A DNA stretch of 64,000 nt, taken from an uncultured Acidimicrobiales bacterium (lineage in GTDB: Bacteria; Actinomycetota; Acidimicrobiia; Acidimicrobiales; VFJN01). Of the stretch, positions 38,578 to 51,263 are shown piece by piece. The notes under the pieces were generated by a model, which saw only the letters and a program-made list of their open reading frames with translations, ran no database searches and was not told where the DNA came from. The translations under genes and the position numbers were made by a program. The stretch covers positions 147,795-211,794 of the forward strand of contig CAWCLR010000005.1 of assembly GCA_963796415.1 (NCBI GenBank), written 5' to 3'. Positions within the stretch are counted from its first letter, which is position 1. Every line of letters begins with the position of its first letter.

Positions 38578-39923
38578 GCGCCCCACTCCTGGACGACGAC
38601 ATCCTGCGCCAACTGGCCCGTGCGGCCGACCCGGACGCCGACCAGGTCGTCGCCGACATCGTGACCTCGCTTCGCCCTCGGCCAGGGCGATCCCAACTGG
38701 GAGGCGCGCCGCGTGCCGCCTACCCCAAGCTCATGGGCGCAGATCGGGAGTGACGACGAGGCCGCGCCGGTCGCGCCCTTCCTCCGGCAAGGAAAGGACA
38801 TCGACGACCTGATCCAGCCCGAGCTCGTGCATCGCGCACAGGAGTTCTTCGAGGAGCACGGCGTTGCGGTCATCACCAGCCTCTTCCTCGCGTCACTGCC
38901 CCAGGCCTACCTCGGGCGCCGCGGGGTGCAGACGCTCGACATGACCGGCGAGCTGGTCGCCAACTGGAGCCGGCGCATCCAGGAGACGGGCCAGTTCCTG
39001 GTCAACGTCCTGACCCGGGATCCGACGATGGCCGAGACGGACAGGACCACCCTCCACCACGGTGAGATCGGGGCCCGCGTGGTGCGTCGGGTGCGCCTCA
39101 CCCACGCCGCAGTCAGATGGCTGCTGAAGGCCCGGTACGACCCGAAGCTCCGGAGCCTGGCCTGCGAGAACCTCCCGGAGCCGAAGACGCTGTGGCATCT
39201 CCGGATGACGCAGATCTGCGAGCCGGGCGGGGCCGATCTGAGCGAGCCGTTGAACCAGGAGGATCTGCTCGCAACGCTCGGGACCTTCACGACGGTCGTC
39301 TTCCGGGCACTCGACAAGCTGGCGGTGCCCTTCGACGAGGAGCACCGGAAGGCCTACCACCACCTGTGGAACATCGTGGGATGGCACCTCGGCATCGGCG
39401 ACGACGCCGCCCTCGCCGCGGTCCCCACCGGCCTCAGCGATCGCTGGCCGAACAACAGAATCCTCCCCCTGGAGGTCAACGAGATGGACACCCTGTTCGA
39501 GCGGCTCCAGAGTCTCCTCGAGGGGGAGACCGAGCAGGGCCGGCGCCTCGCCAAGACGCTCGTGCAGGACTTCTCGTACCCGTTGCCTCGACCGATGCAG
39601 GGGGCACCCGCGTTCATCGTTCGCTATCTCATCGGCGACGATGCGGCCGACAAGTTGGACATCACCGGTGGCGGATACGTCGGGCTGGTGGCGCGACGCA
39701 CCGGGGCGCTCGAACGGCTCGCTCAGCAGACCCGGATGAGCGTCTTCGGCGAATACGTGCTGTCCGCCGTGGCGCAGATGCTGACCCGCTACGCGCTGCG
39801 CAACTTCGTCCGCGGTCGCGGGAGAGCACCCGCGGGTTCACGATCGATCCGCACACCGCAAGCAGGTGGGGAGTCGAGACCGGCCCGGAGCTGCTGATCC
39901 AGGAGTCGCGTGCCCGACTGTGA
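38574..39923 (+). CDS. MpaB/Lcp (DUF2236)-type oxygenase; frameshifts at ~38670-38740 and ~39812
   Basis: ADPDADQVV N-terminus, SLPQAY, RRIQETGQF, VRLTHAAVR (heme His), PLNQEDLLATL..F, HLWNIVGWHLGI; C-terminal FTIDP..RWG in the shifted frame. Confidence 0.8.
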
Positions 39924-39953
39924 GCGCCACAGTCCGGGTCACCTCTCCGGCGT

Positions 39954-42900
39954 TCACGCCGGGGCGGGCGATGCCGCGTGCATGTCGGCGAGTGACCGGG
40001 CGGCGAGCACCACCGCCTCGGGCCGGGTGAGCCGCGCTCCGGCTTCGCTGGCTGCAGCGAACGCGTGTGCACCGAGCCGCTCACTGAGGACCACGCCGAG
40101 ATCGCTCGCATGGGCACGGTCGATCGGAAGCGACGGCATCACCAGTTGGGCCTGCTCTGCCCTGGCCAGCAGGCGAACCGCGGTCTCGTCGTCGCCGAGA
40201 AGGCCGAGACACATCGCCGATTCACGGATCGTGTGCCACAGCTGCGGCCTGTCGCCCAGCCGGTCCCAGTGGACGAGCAGGTCGAGCAAGAGCGGGACGG
40301 CCTCCTGGGGACGGTCGAGTCGTCGCCGGAGCGTGGCCAGCCGTGACATCGAGAGACCGAGCACGAGCGGGCTGTCGGCGCCCCGGGCGGCGTCGACGCT
40401 CGCTGCGAGCGCGACCTCGGCACGCGTGGGGTCCGGCTGCTCGGTCGCGGTCGCCACCGCGAACAAGGCGTGCGCGACTGCCGTCGGGGATCCCGACTGG
40501 GAGGCCATGTCGAGGGCGCGGTTCGCCAGCGACATCGCTCGCTCGTGTCCGCCGCTGATGACCATGCCGAGCGAACCGGTGGCCAGGCTGAAAACGAGCC
40601 AGTAGGGATCGCCCAACTCCTTGCTCCACGCGACGATCTCGAGGAAGCGATCGGGGGCCTGCGCCTCCATCGGCCCGAGCGCCGGGTCGCCGATGCGCGG
40701 CGCGTACGCGGTCGCGAAGATGATCGCCATGCGGGCGGGGAGTCTCACGCCGGTGCCCAGTCGTTGCTCCGCGTCGAACGCGGCCTGGCAGGCCGTCAGG
40801 CACTGGCCGAGGTCGCCCCGGAGCCATGCGCCGAGCGCGGCGATGCCGTGGAGGTCGGGCAGCAAGGGACAATCCTCGAACGACAGCCGGTCGAACGCCT
40901 CGTCGACCCAGCGGAAGTACTCGGCCGACAGCCGCTGAAGGCCGAAGTTCCACAACGCCATGAGCAGCTGCGCGTCGAGGTCGACGTCGGCGTTGTCGAC
41001 CGCCCACAGATGGGCGGCGCGCAGGTTGCCGAAGTCGGCGGCGATCCGTCGCGCCCACGTGGCCTCGTCAGCCGTTCGCAGACCGGCTTCGGCCCTCTCG
41101 GCGAGGTCGCGGTAGAGGACCGCGTGTCGCGACCGCACCTTGGCCGTCCCTTCAGCGCCGGCCAATCGGTCGGCTGCGAAGTCACGCAGGGTCGAGAGCA
41201 TCCGGTAGCGGGTCTCGCCGGCGCCGAGATCGGCGACGATCATCGACCGGTCGGCGAGATCGGCGAGCAGCGACAGCACGTCCTCGGCACTGTGGTCGTC
41301 ACCGCAGATGGCGCACGCCGCCCCGACCGTCCACCCACCCGAGAACACTGACAACCGGTCGAAGAGTGAACGCGTCTCGGCGGGAAGCAGGTCGTAGGAC
41401 CACTGCACCGTGCTCAGCAGGGTGCGATGCCGTGGATGATCCGGCACCTGCGTGGCCAGGAGAGGTGACGTCGTGTGCATGTGCGCCAGCAGGTCCCGCA
41501 GGCCGATCGATCGCGCCCTCCCGGCGGCGAGCTCGAGTGCGAGGGGTATGCCGTCCAGCCGCCGGCAGATCTCGGCGACGACGTCGACTTCCGCCGGCTC
41601 GGCCTGCCGGCCGCCCCGCGCGGCTGCTGCTCGATCGGCGAACAGACGGACCGCCGGCGACGCCCCGAGCGCGTCGCCGTCGCCGGTCGGCAGGCCGAGC
41701 GGCTCGACGCGGAAGATCACCTCGCCCGGGAAGCCGAGCGTCTGCCGACTCGTGGAGACGACCGTCAGCTGTGGGCTTGCCTCGAGTGCCTCGCGGACCA
41801 GGTGACCCACCGGCTCCACGACGTGCTCGCAATTGTCCATGACGAGCAGGAGGTGCTTGTTTCCGAGCCAGTCGACCACACTGGCACGGAACGACCGCTC
41901 CCCGCGGCGCACCAATCCCAGACCCTCTGCGACGGCCGCGGGGACGGCGTCGCCATGGATCGGCGCCAGGTCGATGACCCGGGCCCCGTCTCGGAAGCGG
42001 TGGGCCGTCTCGGCGACGAGCTCGACAGCGAGCCTGGTCTTCCCGACCCCGCCCGGCCCGACGAGGGTCACAGCCCCGGGCCGAGCCACCAGCTCGCTCA
42101 GGCGGGTGAGCTCGTCCTCCCGTCCGTGGAAGCTGGTCGCGGGCACGGTCACCGCCGAGGCGGCGTCGAGCGTGCGGAGCGGGGGGAAGCGCTCCTGCAG
42201 ACCGGCGTGCCGCACCTGGTGGACGCGGTGGTCGCCGGGGATCCCCCGCAGCCGGTGGACGCCCGCGAGGACGAGCGAGATGTCCTCGGGCAGCTCGGGG
42301 ATGGCTTGGACCGCTGCGTCCGACACCAGTGTCTGCCCTCCGTGACCTGCGTCTCGCAGCCGGGCGGTCATGTTGGGGGCCATGCCGTAGTAGTCGCCGT
42401 CGCGCTCGATGGCCGACCCGAAGTGGATCCCCATCCTCGCCCGCACCGGCAGTGGCGTCGGCCACGCCGTGCCGGCGAGCGCGAGTTGGGCGGCCACGGC
42501 CGCGTGCAGCGCACCGACAGCCTCGGGGAACGCGGCGGTCACGCCGTCGCCCGTCCGCTTCAAGACGGTGCCACCGTGCCGGGCGACCGCATCGTCGAGG
42601 ATCGCGTCGTGCGCCTCCAGGGCACCTGCCATGGTTTCGGGGAAGTCCGCCCACAGGCGGGTGCTCTCCTCGATGTCGGTGAAGAGGAAGGTGAGTTCGG
42701 GGTCCCGCTCCAGGGTCACCTCGCCTCGCTCGGCCCGGAACACGAGCGTCGGGTCGTGGTCGAGGATCCGGCGCTCGAGGTCGGCGAGCTCACGCCCGGG
42801 CTCGATGCCCACGTCCTGCGCGAGGTTGCTGCGGGCCCGTTGGTAGGCCCGCAGGGCGTCGCTCTGCCGGCCGCTCCGGTACAACGCCAGCATGAGCTGC

Positions 42901-43472
42901 GCCCACAACCCCTCGTCGAGGGGATGAAGGTCAACCAGAGGTTCCAATGCAGAGACCGCGTCGGCGGCACGACCCAGAGCCAGGAGCGCGTCGTGGCGAC
43001 GTTTCAGCGCATCCAAGCGGATGGCGTCGAGTCGCCTGGCCTCTCGGTCCGCCCACCCGACGCCCGCGAACTCGGCCAGCGGTGGTCCGCGCCACCAAGC
43101 GAGCGCCACATCGAGCCCGGCCAGCCGACGTGCGGGCTCGGGGATCCGACTGGCCACGGACACGGCGCGCTCGAATCGCTGGGCATCGACGTCTGTGGGA
43201 GCGATCTCGAGCGCGTAGCCGCCAGGACGAGTCTCGAGGCGAGCGCCATCCTCGAGGAGCTTGCGAAGCTGGGACACGTAGGTCTGGACCGTGCGGTTCG
43301 CGCCGTCCGGGGCCTGCTCACCCCACAGCTCGTGCACCAGGAGGTCGGTGCTCAGCGCGTGGCCCGCGTGGACGACCAAGCAGGCCAGGAGCCCGCGCCG
43401 CTTTGGTCCACGAACGGAGAGCTGTCCACCCGTTCCGACGACTTCGAACGTACCGAGGATCCGGAACTCCAT
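39954..43472 (-). CDS. AfsR/SARP-type regulator: wHTH + BTAD + class III nucleotide cyclase + NB-ARC-like NTPase + TPR
   Basis: MEFRILG, VQTYVSQLRK, HPLDE..LMLALYRSGRQ, FLFTDIEEST, KRTGDG, GPGGVGKT, DNCEH, LDGIPLALELAA. Confidence 0.9.
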   Translation of the reverse strand: MEFRILGTFEVVGTGGQLSVRGPKRRGLLACLVVHAGHALSTDLLVHELWGEQAPDGANRTVQTYVSQLRKLLEDGARLETRPGGYALEIAPTDVDAQRFERAVSVASRIPEPARRLAGLDVALAWWRGPPLAEFAGVGWADREARRLDAIRLDALKRRHDALLALGRAADAVSALEPLVDLHPLDEGLWAQLMLALYRSGRQSDALRAYQRARSNLAQDVGIEPGRELADLERRILDHDPTLVFRAERGEVTLERDPELTFLFTDIEESTRLWADFPETMAGALEAHDAILDDAVARHGGTVLKRTGDGVTAAFPEAVGALHAAVAAQLALAGTAWPTPLPVRARMGIHFGSAIERDGDYYGMAPNMTARLRDAGHGGQTLVSDAAVQAIPELPEDISLVLAGVHRLRGIPGDHRVHQVRHAGLQERFPPLRTLDAASAVTVPATSFHGREDELTRLSELVARPGAVTLVGPGGVGKTRLAVELVAETAHRFRDGARVIDLAPIHGDAVPAAVAEGLGLVRRGERSFRASVVDWLGNKHLLLVMDNCEHVVEPVGHLVREALEASPQLTVVSTSRQTLGFPGEVIFRVEPLGLPTGDGDALGASPAVRLFADRAAAARGGRQAEPAEVDVVAEICRRLDGIPLALELAAGRARSIGLRDLLAHMHTTSPLLATQVPDHPRHRTLLSTVQWSYDLLPAETRSLFDRLSVFSGGWTVGAACAICGDDHSAEDVLSLLADLADRSMIVADLGAGETRYRMLSTLRDFAADRLAGAEGTAKVRSRHAVLYRDLAERAEAGLRTADEATWARRIAADFGNLRAAHLWAVDNADVDLDAQLLMALWNFGLQRLSAEYFRWVDEAFDRLSFEDCPLLPDLHGIAALGAWLRGDLGQCLTACQAAFDAEQRLGTGVRLPARMAIIFATAYAPRIGDPALGPMEAQAPDRFLEIVAWSKELGDPYWLVFSLATGSLGMVISGGHERAMSLANRALDMASQSGSPTAVAHALFAVATATEQPDPTRAEVALAASVDAARGADSPLVLGLSMSRLATLRRRLDRPQEAVPLLLDLLVHWDRLGDRPQLWHTIRESAMCLGLLGDDETAVRLLARAEQAQLVMPSLPIDRAHASDLGVVLSERLGAHAFAAASEAGARLTRPEAVVLAARSLADMHAASPAPA

Positions 43473-43631
43473 ACCCACCCGTCCCGTGGGCCCGGTGCGT
43501 GAGCAGGGGGCCCGCCGACGCGGATCGTACCGTGTCACCACCGGTGTGGTCGCCTGAGTTACGGGGGCGCGCGGCGTCTCCCGCGCCGCATGGTGCGGCA
43601 CGGGAGGCGCCTTCGAGCTCGCCGCCCGGTG

Positions 43632-46142
<2,511 letters not shown>

Positions 46143-46239
46143 TTCGGCCCCCTTCAGCACGGACGGGATCGAAAGTCTTTGTCGGAGGAAACAACCCTAG
46201 GGGAGCCCTTCACATTCCCCACCCATAAACCCTGAGCGC

Positions 46240-47367
46240 GTGACGCTCAACACGGCGTCACTAGTGTCGCTTCCCGTGGTCCCGGCCCAAGCGCCCGATC
46301 CGACGGACATCCAACAGGCCTGCGGCGACGATCCCTCCTTCGTGTGCCGCCGGGTCCTCGAGTGGACCGACAGCACGGGCTGGGCCGAGGCCGCGGACAA
46401 GCTGGTCGCCACGCCGCTCACGATCCTGCTGATCGTCCTCCTCGCCTACGTGGCGCACCTGATCGTGCGGCGGGCGATCAGGCGGCTGACCGACAAGATC
46501 GCCGACCCCGACGCCCAGCAGCGGATGCAGAAGCTCAAGAAGCGCGCCCCCACGGCGATCGTCGATACGGGCACGGTGTCGCTGCGGTCGGCCGCTCGCG
46601 CCCAGACGCTGGCGCTGGTGCTGCGATCGATCGCGTCCGTGCTCATTTGGACCATCGCCGTCACGATGATCCTCGGCGAGCTGGGGGTGAACCTGGGGCC
46701 GCTGATCGCGGGCGCCGGCATCGCGGGCGTGGCCCTCGGCTTCGGCGCCCAGAGCCTGGTGAAGGACTTCCTGTCTGGGATCTTCATGCTCGTCGAGGAC
46801 CAGTACGGCGTGGGCGACATCGTCGACGTCGGCGAGGCCACCGGCACGGTGGAGGCGGTGACGCTGCGCACGACCCGCATCCGGTCGGTCGAGGGCACCG
46901 TGTGGCACGTCCCCAACGGCACGATCGACCGGGTCGGCAACATGTCGCAGCAGTGGGCTCGGGCGCTGCTCGACGTCGAGGTGGCCTACGGGACCGACAT
47001 CGACGAGGCGCAACAGGTCATCAAGGCCGTGGCCGACGGCGTGGCCGAGGATCCCGCGTGGCGAGGCCGCATCCTCGAGCCGCCCGAGGTGTGGGGCATC
47101 GAGAGCATGGGCCCCGACGCCATGTCGATCCGCCTCGTGGTCAAGACCCGCCCCGGCGATCAGTTCCCGGTGATGCGTGAGCTACGTCGGCGCCTGTCCG
47201 AGGCGTTCCTGCGGGAAGGCATCGAGATGCCGTTCCCCCAGCGCTCTGTGTGGGTGCGCCGCGACGCGGGTTCGTCCCACGAGGTCGATGGTGAGGAGGA
47301 GCTGCTCGCCCCGCCCGACGACGACACCCCCCTCACCTCGGGCGACGACCCCCCGCCCGCCCGCTGA
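46240..47367 (+). CDS. MscS family mechanosensitive channel
   Basis: GVALGFGAQSLVKDFLSG, VGD.V, GTVE.VTLRTT, VPNG. Confidence 0.9.
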   Translation: MTLNTASLVSLPVVPAQAPDPTDIQQACGDDPSFVCRRVLEWTDSTGWAEAADKLVATPLTILLIVLLAYVAHLIVRRAIRRLTDKIADPDAQQRMQKLKKRAPTAIVDTGTVSLRSAARAQTLALVLRSIASVLIWTIAVTMILGELGVNLGPLIAGAGIAGVALGFGAQSLVKDFLSGIFMLVEDQYGVGDIVDVGEATGTVEAVTLRTTRIRSVEGTVWHVPNGTIDRVGNMSQQWARALLDVEVAYGTDIDEAQQVIKAVADGVAEDPAWRGRILEPPEVWGIESMGPDAMSIRLVVKTRPGDQFPVMRELRRRLSEAFLREGIEMPFPQRSVWVRRDAGSSHEVDGEEELLAPPDDDTPLTSGDDPPPAR

Positions 47368-47373
47368 CGCGTC

Positions 47374-49966
47374 TCAACCCTCGGGGGCGAGCTCGACGGC
47401 GACCGAGAACGGCTCGCCCGGGACCATGGTGAGCGTGCCGATGCGCCCGGCCGAGCGGACGTCGTCCTCGGCCAGCGCCAGCAGCGCCAGCCGCTCGGGC
47501 GTGTCGGTGACGACGACCGAGGTGACCTCGGTGCGCATCGACCGCTTGGCCTGGCTCTTGGCCCCGCGGACCTCGCCGAGCACGGCGGCGGCGACGCCCA
47601 GGACCGCCGGGTCGGGCTCGTCGCCGGGCGAGGCCGCGTCGTCGGCGCCGGCGGCCTCGCGCAGTGCGTCGGCCGAGGGCCACGACGACCGGTGGACCGA
47701 GCCCTCCTGCCACCACGACCACACCTCCTCGGTGACGAACGGGAGGAAGGGGGCGAACAGCCCGAGCAGCGTGCGCAGCGCCAGGCCGAGCGCGGTGCGG
47801 GCCGACGCGGCCCCCGCGTCGCCGTCGGCGCCGTACGCCCGGTTCTTCACCAGCTCGACGTAGTCGTCGCAGAACGACCAGAAGAAGCCCTCGGTGCGCT
47901 CGATGGCCCGGGCGTAGTCGAAGCGGTCGAAGGCGGCCGTCGCCTCGGCGACGAGGTCGGCCAGCGCGGCCAGCATCGACCGGTCGAGCGGCTCGGTGAC
48001 TTCTCCGGCCGTCGTGGAGGCGAGGCCCAGCGCGAACTTGGACGACGTTGAGCAGCTTGATGGCGAGCTTGCGGCCGATCTTGAGCTGGCCCTCGTCGAA
48101 CACGACGTCCATGCCCGGGCGGCCGTTGGCGGCCCAGTAGCGCACGCCGTCGGCGCCGTAGCGTGCGATCAGCTCGGCGGGGTCGTCGGGCGCGTTGGCC
48201 GCCGACTTCGAAAGCTTCTTGCGGTCGGGGTCGACGATGAAGCCCGAGATGGCGGCGTTGGTCCACGGGATGGCGTCGTGCTCGTAGTGCGAGCGGACGA
48301 CCGTGTAGAAGAGCCAGGTGCGGATGATGTCGTGCGCCTGGGGCCGCAGGTCCATGGGGAACGTGCGGGCGAACAGGTCGGGGTCGTCGACCCACCCGGT
48401 GGCGATCTGCGGCGACAGCGACGACGTGGCCCAGGTGTCCATCACGTCGGGGTCGGCCGTGAACCCGCCCGGCTTGTCGCGCTGGTCGTCGTCGTAGCCG
48501 GGCGCCGGGTCGGTGGTGGGGTCGACGGGGAGGCTGTCCTCGCTGGCCAGGATCGGCGAGAGGTAGTCGACGACGCCGTCCTCGTCGATGGGGTACCAGG
48601 CGGGGAACGGGACGCCGAAGAACCGCTGCCGCGTGACGTTCCAGTCGCCCTGCAGGCCGTTGACCCAGTTCTCGTAGCGGACCCGCATGAACTCGGGCCA
48701 CCACGCGATCTCCTGGCCCCGGGCCAGCATGGCGTCCTTGTCGGGGTAGCGGATCATCCACTGGTTCGACGTGACGATCTCGAGCGGCCGGGTGCCGTTC
48801 TCCCAGAACTTCACCGGGTGGGTGATGGGGCGGGGCTCGCCCTCCGTCAGCCCGGCCTCGCCGAGGAGCTCGACGATGCGGGCCTGGGCCTGCTTGACCG
48901 TGCGGCCGGCCAGCTGGTCGTAGGCGGCCTGGGCGGCGGCGGGGTCGGCCGACTCCCACCCCGGCTCGCCCCAGGTGACCGGGCGGAGGCGCCCGTCGCG
49001 CTGCACGACGGCTCGCAGGGCCAGCCGGAGCTCGCGCCACCACGTGACGTCGGTGGTGTCGCCGAACGTGCAGATCATGGCGATGCCGGTGCCCTTGTCG
49101 GGCGCGGCCAGCTCGTGGGCGACGATGGGCACGTCGACGCCGAACAGCGGGGTGCGGGCGGTCTTCCCGAACAGGGGCTGGTAGCGCTCGTCGTCGGGGT
49201 GGGCGACGAGGGCGACGCAGGCGGGCAGCAGCTCGGGGCGGGTGGTCTCGATCCAGATCGGCTGCCCGTCGGGCCCGTCGAAGCGGATCTTGTGGTAGGC
49301 GCCGGGGATCTCGCGGTCCTGCAGCTCGGCCTGGGCGACCGCGGAGCGGAAGTCGACGTCCCACAGCGTGGGCGCCTCCGACCGGTAGGCGAGGTCGCGC
49401 TCGACCAGCCGGATGAAGCCGCGCTGGCTGGCCTTGGTCGCCTCGGGGCCGATGGTGCGGTAGGTCTGGGTCCAGTCGACCGACAGGCCGAGGTCCGACC
49501 ACAGGTCGAAGTAGCTCTGCTCGAGCTGCTCGACGACCTTGCCGCACAGCTCGACGAAGTTGGGCCGGCTGACCGGGATCGGCTTGTCCTTCTTCGACAC
49601 CTTCTCGGGCGGCCGGAAGTCGGGGTCGTAGGGCAGCGACGGGTCGCAGCGCGTGCCGGTCAGGATCTGGACCCGGCGCTCGACGTTGAGGCCGTTGTCG
49701 TCCCACCCCATCGGGTAGAAGACCTCGCGCCCGCGCATGCGCTGGTAGCGGGCGATGGTGTCGGTGTGGGTGTACGAGCACACGTGCCCCGGGTGCAGCG
49801 TGCCCGACACCGTGGGCGGCGGCGTGTCGATGGAGAAGATCTCGTCACGCGTCTTGGTGCGATCGAACCGGAACGTGCCCTCGTCCGCCCAGACCGCGCG
49901 CCACTTGGCCTCGAGCCCGTCGAGGCTGGGCTTGTCGGGGACGGTTCGCTCGCTGCGCTCGCTCAC
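47374..49966 (-). CDS. valS: Valine--tRNA ligase; one extra base at ~48043
   Basis: IDTPPPTVSGTLHPGH, TTRPE, DWNVTRQR, MDTWATS, KLSKS; C-terminal FCDDYVELVK in the shifted frame. Confidence 0.95.
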
Positions 49967-50144
49967 GCAATCAGGTTACTGAGGAGCCGCAACGGCCCCG
50001 AAAGCGGTTGGCGCCGCCGCCGCAGGTCAGGACACGGTCGCGCCGCGGCCCGTCGCTGGGTGTGGCGGGCGGCACTGTCTCCACGGCGCGCTCATGGGGA
50101 AGACTGCACCCGTCGGCACGACACCCATCGCCGGAGGTCAGACG

Positions 50145-50252
50145 ATGAGCGAGCGTCCGTCCGCAGCGAGGCCCTGCCGAGCGAGGCCCGGCCACCGGAG
50201 CGAGCGTGGCCCGAGCGGCCCGCTGCGTAGCAGCAAGAGCGGGGAGCAATGA
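50145..50252 (+). repeat. MIRU-like element: 35-codon mini-ORF inserted at a start codon
   Basis: GGAGG then ATGAGCG...CAATGA overlapping next ATG, which also begins ATGAGCG; internal repeats GAGCGAGCGT and GCGAGGCCC. Confidence 0.45.
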
Positions 50253-51191
50253 GCGGTCGCCCCACCCGTCCCGGTCCGCCGCCTCGCTCGGTCGCCGACG
50301 TCGAGGACCGCCTCGCGTGGATCTTCGGCTCGTCGCGCAGCGGCAGCACCTGGCTGCTGCGGATGCTCGCCTCGCTGGACTCCGTCGTGCCGATCGACGA
50401 CCCGCACCTCGGCCACCACCTCGGCGTGTGGCGCCCCATCTCGCTGGCGTGGGCCACAGCCGAGCACCCGCCCGACCTGACCACGCTCGACCGGGTGAAG
50501 CACGACAAGGACAGCTACTTCTTCGCCGATCGCTACCGGGACGCGTGGGCGCCGGCACTGCGCCGGCTGATCGTCGACCGGTTCGACGCACAGGTCGCCG
50601 ACACCGCCCGGGTCCCCGATCCGCTGGTGGTGGTGAAGGAGCCGGGGTCGCACGTGGCCGACCAGCTCGTGTCGCTGTTCCCCGACTCCCGCCTCGTCTT
50701 CCTGCTGCGCGACGGGCGCGACGTCGTGGACTCGTGGCTCGCCGCCTACCGCGCCGGGTCGTGGGCGCTCGACGAGGGCGCGTTCCCGGTGACGGACGCG
50801 GGGCCGCGAGGCGCTCGTGCGCTGGCAGTCGGCGGTGTGGGCGTTCCGCACCGAGGTCGTGCGGCGCGCCTACGACGCCCACCCGCCCGATCGCCGCGTG
50901 ATGATCCGCTACGAGGACCTCGTGGCCGACCCCTGCGCCGAGCTGACCCGCCTGTGCGTGGTCCTCCCGCTCGACGCGCCGACCGATCGGCTGGCGGCGG
51001 TGGCCGACGAGCACGCCTACGAGGCCGTGCCCCCGTCCGACAAGGGCGAGCGCAAGGAGATCCGGTCGGCGTCGCCGGGCGGGTGGCGCGACAACCTGAC
51101 GTCGGCCGAGCACGACGTCATGCACGAGGTCATGGGCGTGCAGCTGGCCGAGCACGGGTACCTCGACCCGCAGCCCGCGCCCACCGCGTGA
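50249..51191 (+). CDS. Sulfotransferase family protein; one extra base at ~50803
   Basis: 5'-PSB GSSRSGSTW, VKEP, LRDGRDVVDS, IRYEDLVADP. Confidence 0.85.
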
Positions 51192-51201
51192 CCGATCGCG
51201 C

Positions 51202-51249
51202 TTTCCACAGCTGTTTCGGGGGTCCCAGCCCCCGAAACAGCTGTGGAAA
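51202..51249. terminator. Perfect 21-bp hairpin between convergent genes
   Basis: TTTCCACAGCTGTTTCGGGGG-tcccag-CCCCCGAAACAGCTGTGGAAA. Confidence 0.75.
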
Positions 51250-51263
51250 TCCTCGAGACTCGG

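Noticed and set aside
48030-48060. Programmed frameshift in valS
   Set aside because: No slippery sequence; the window has many similar indels, so error is more parsimonious
49967-50140. T-box or attenuator upstream of valS (also considered for cysS)
   Set aside because: No T-box motif recognised; a -10 sits 6-8 nt from each start codon, leaving no leader
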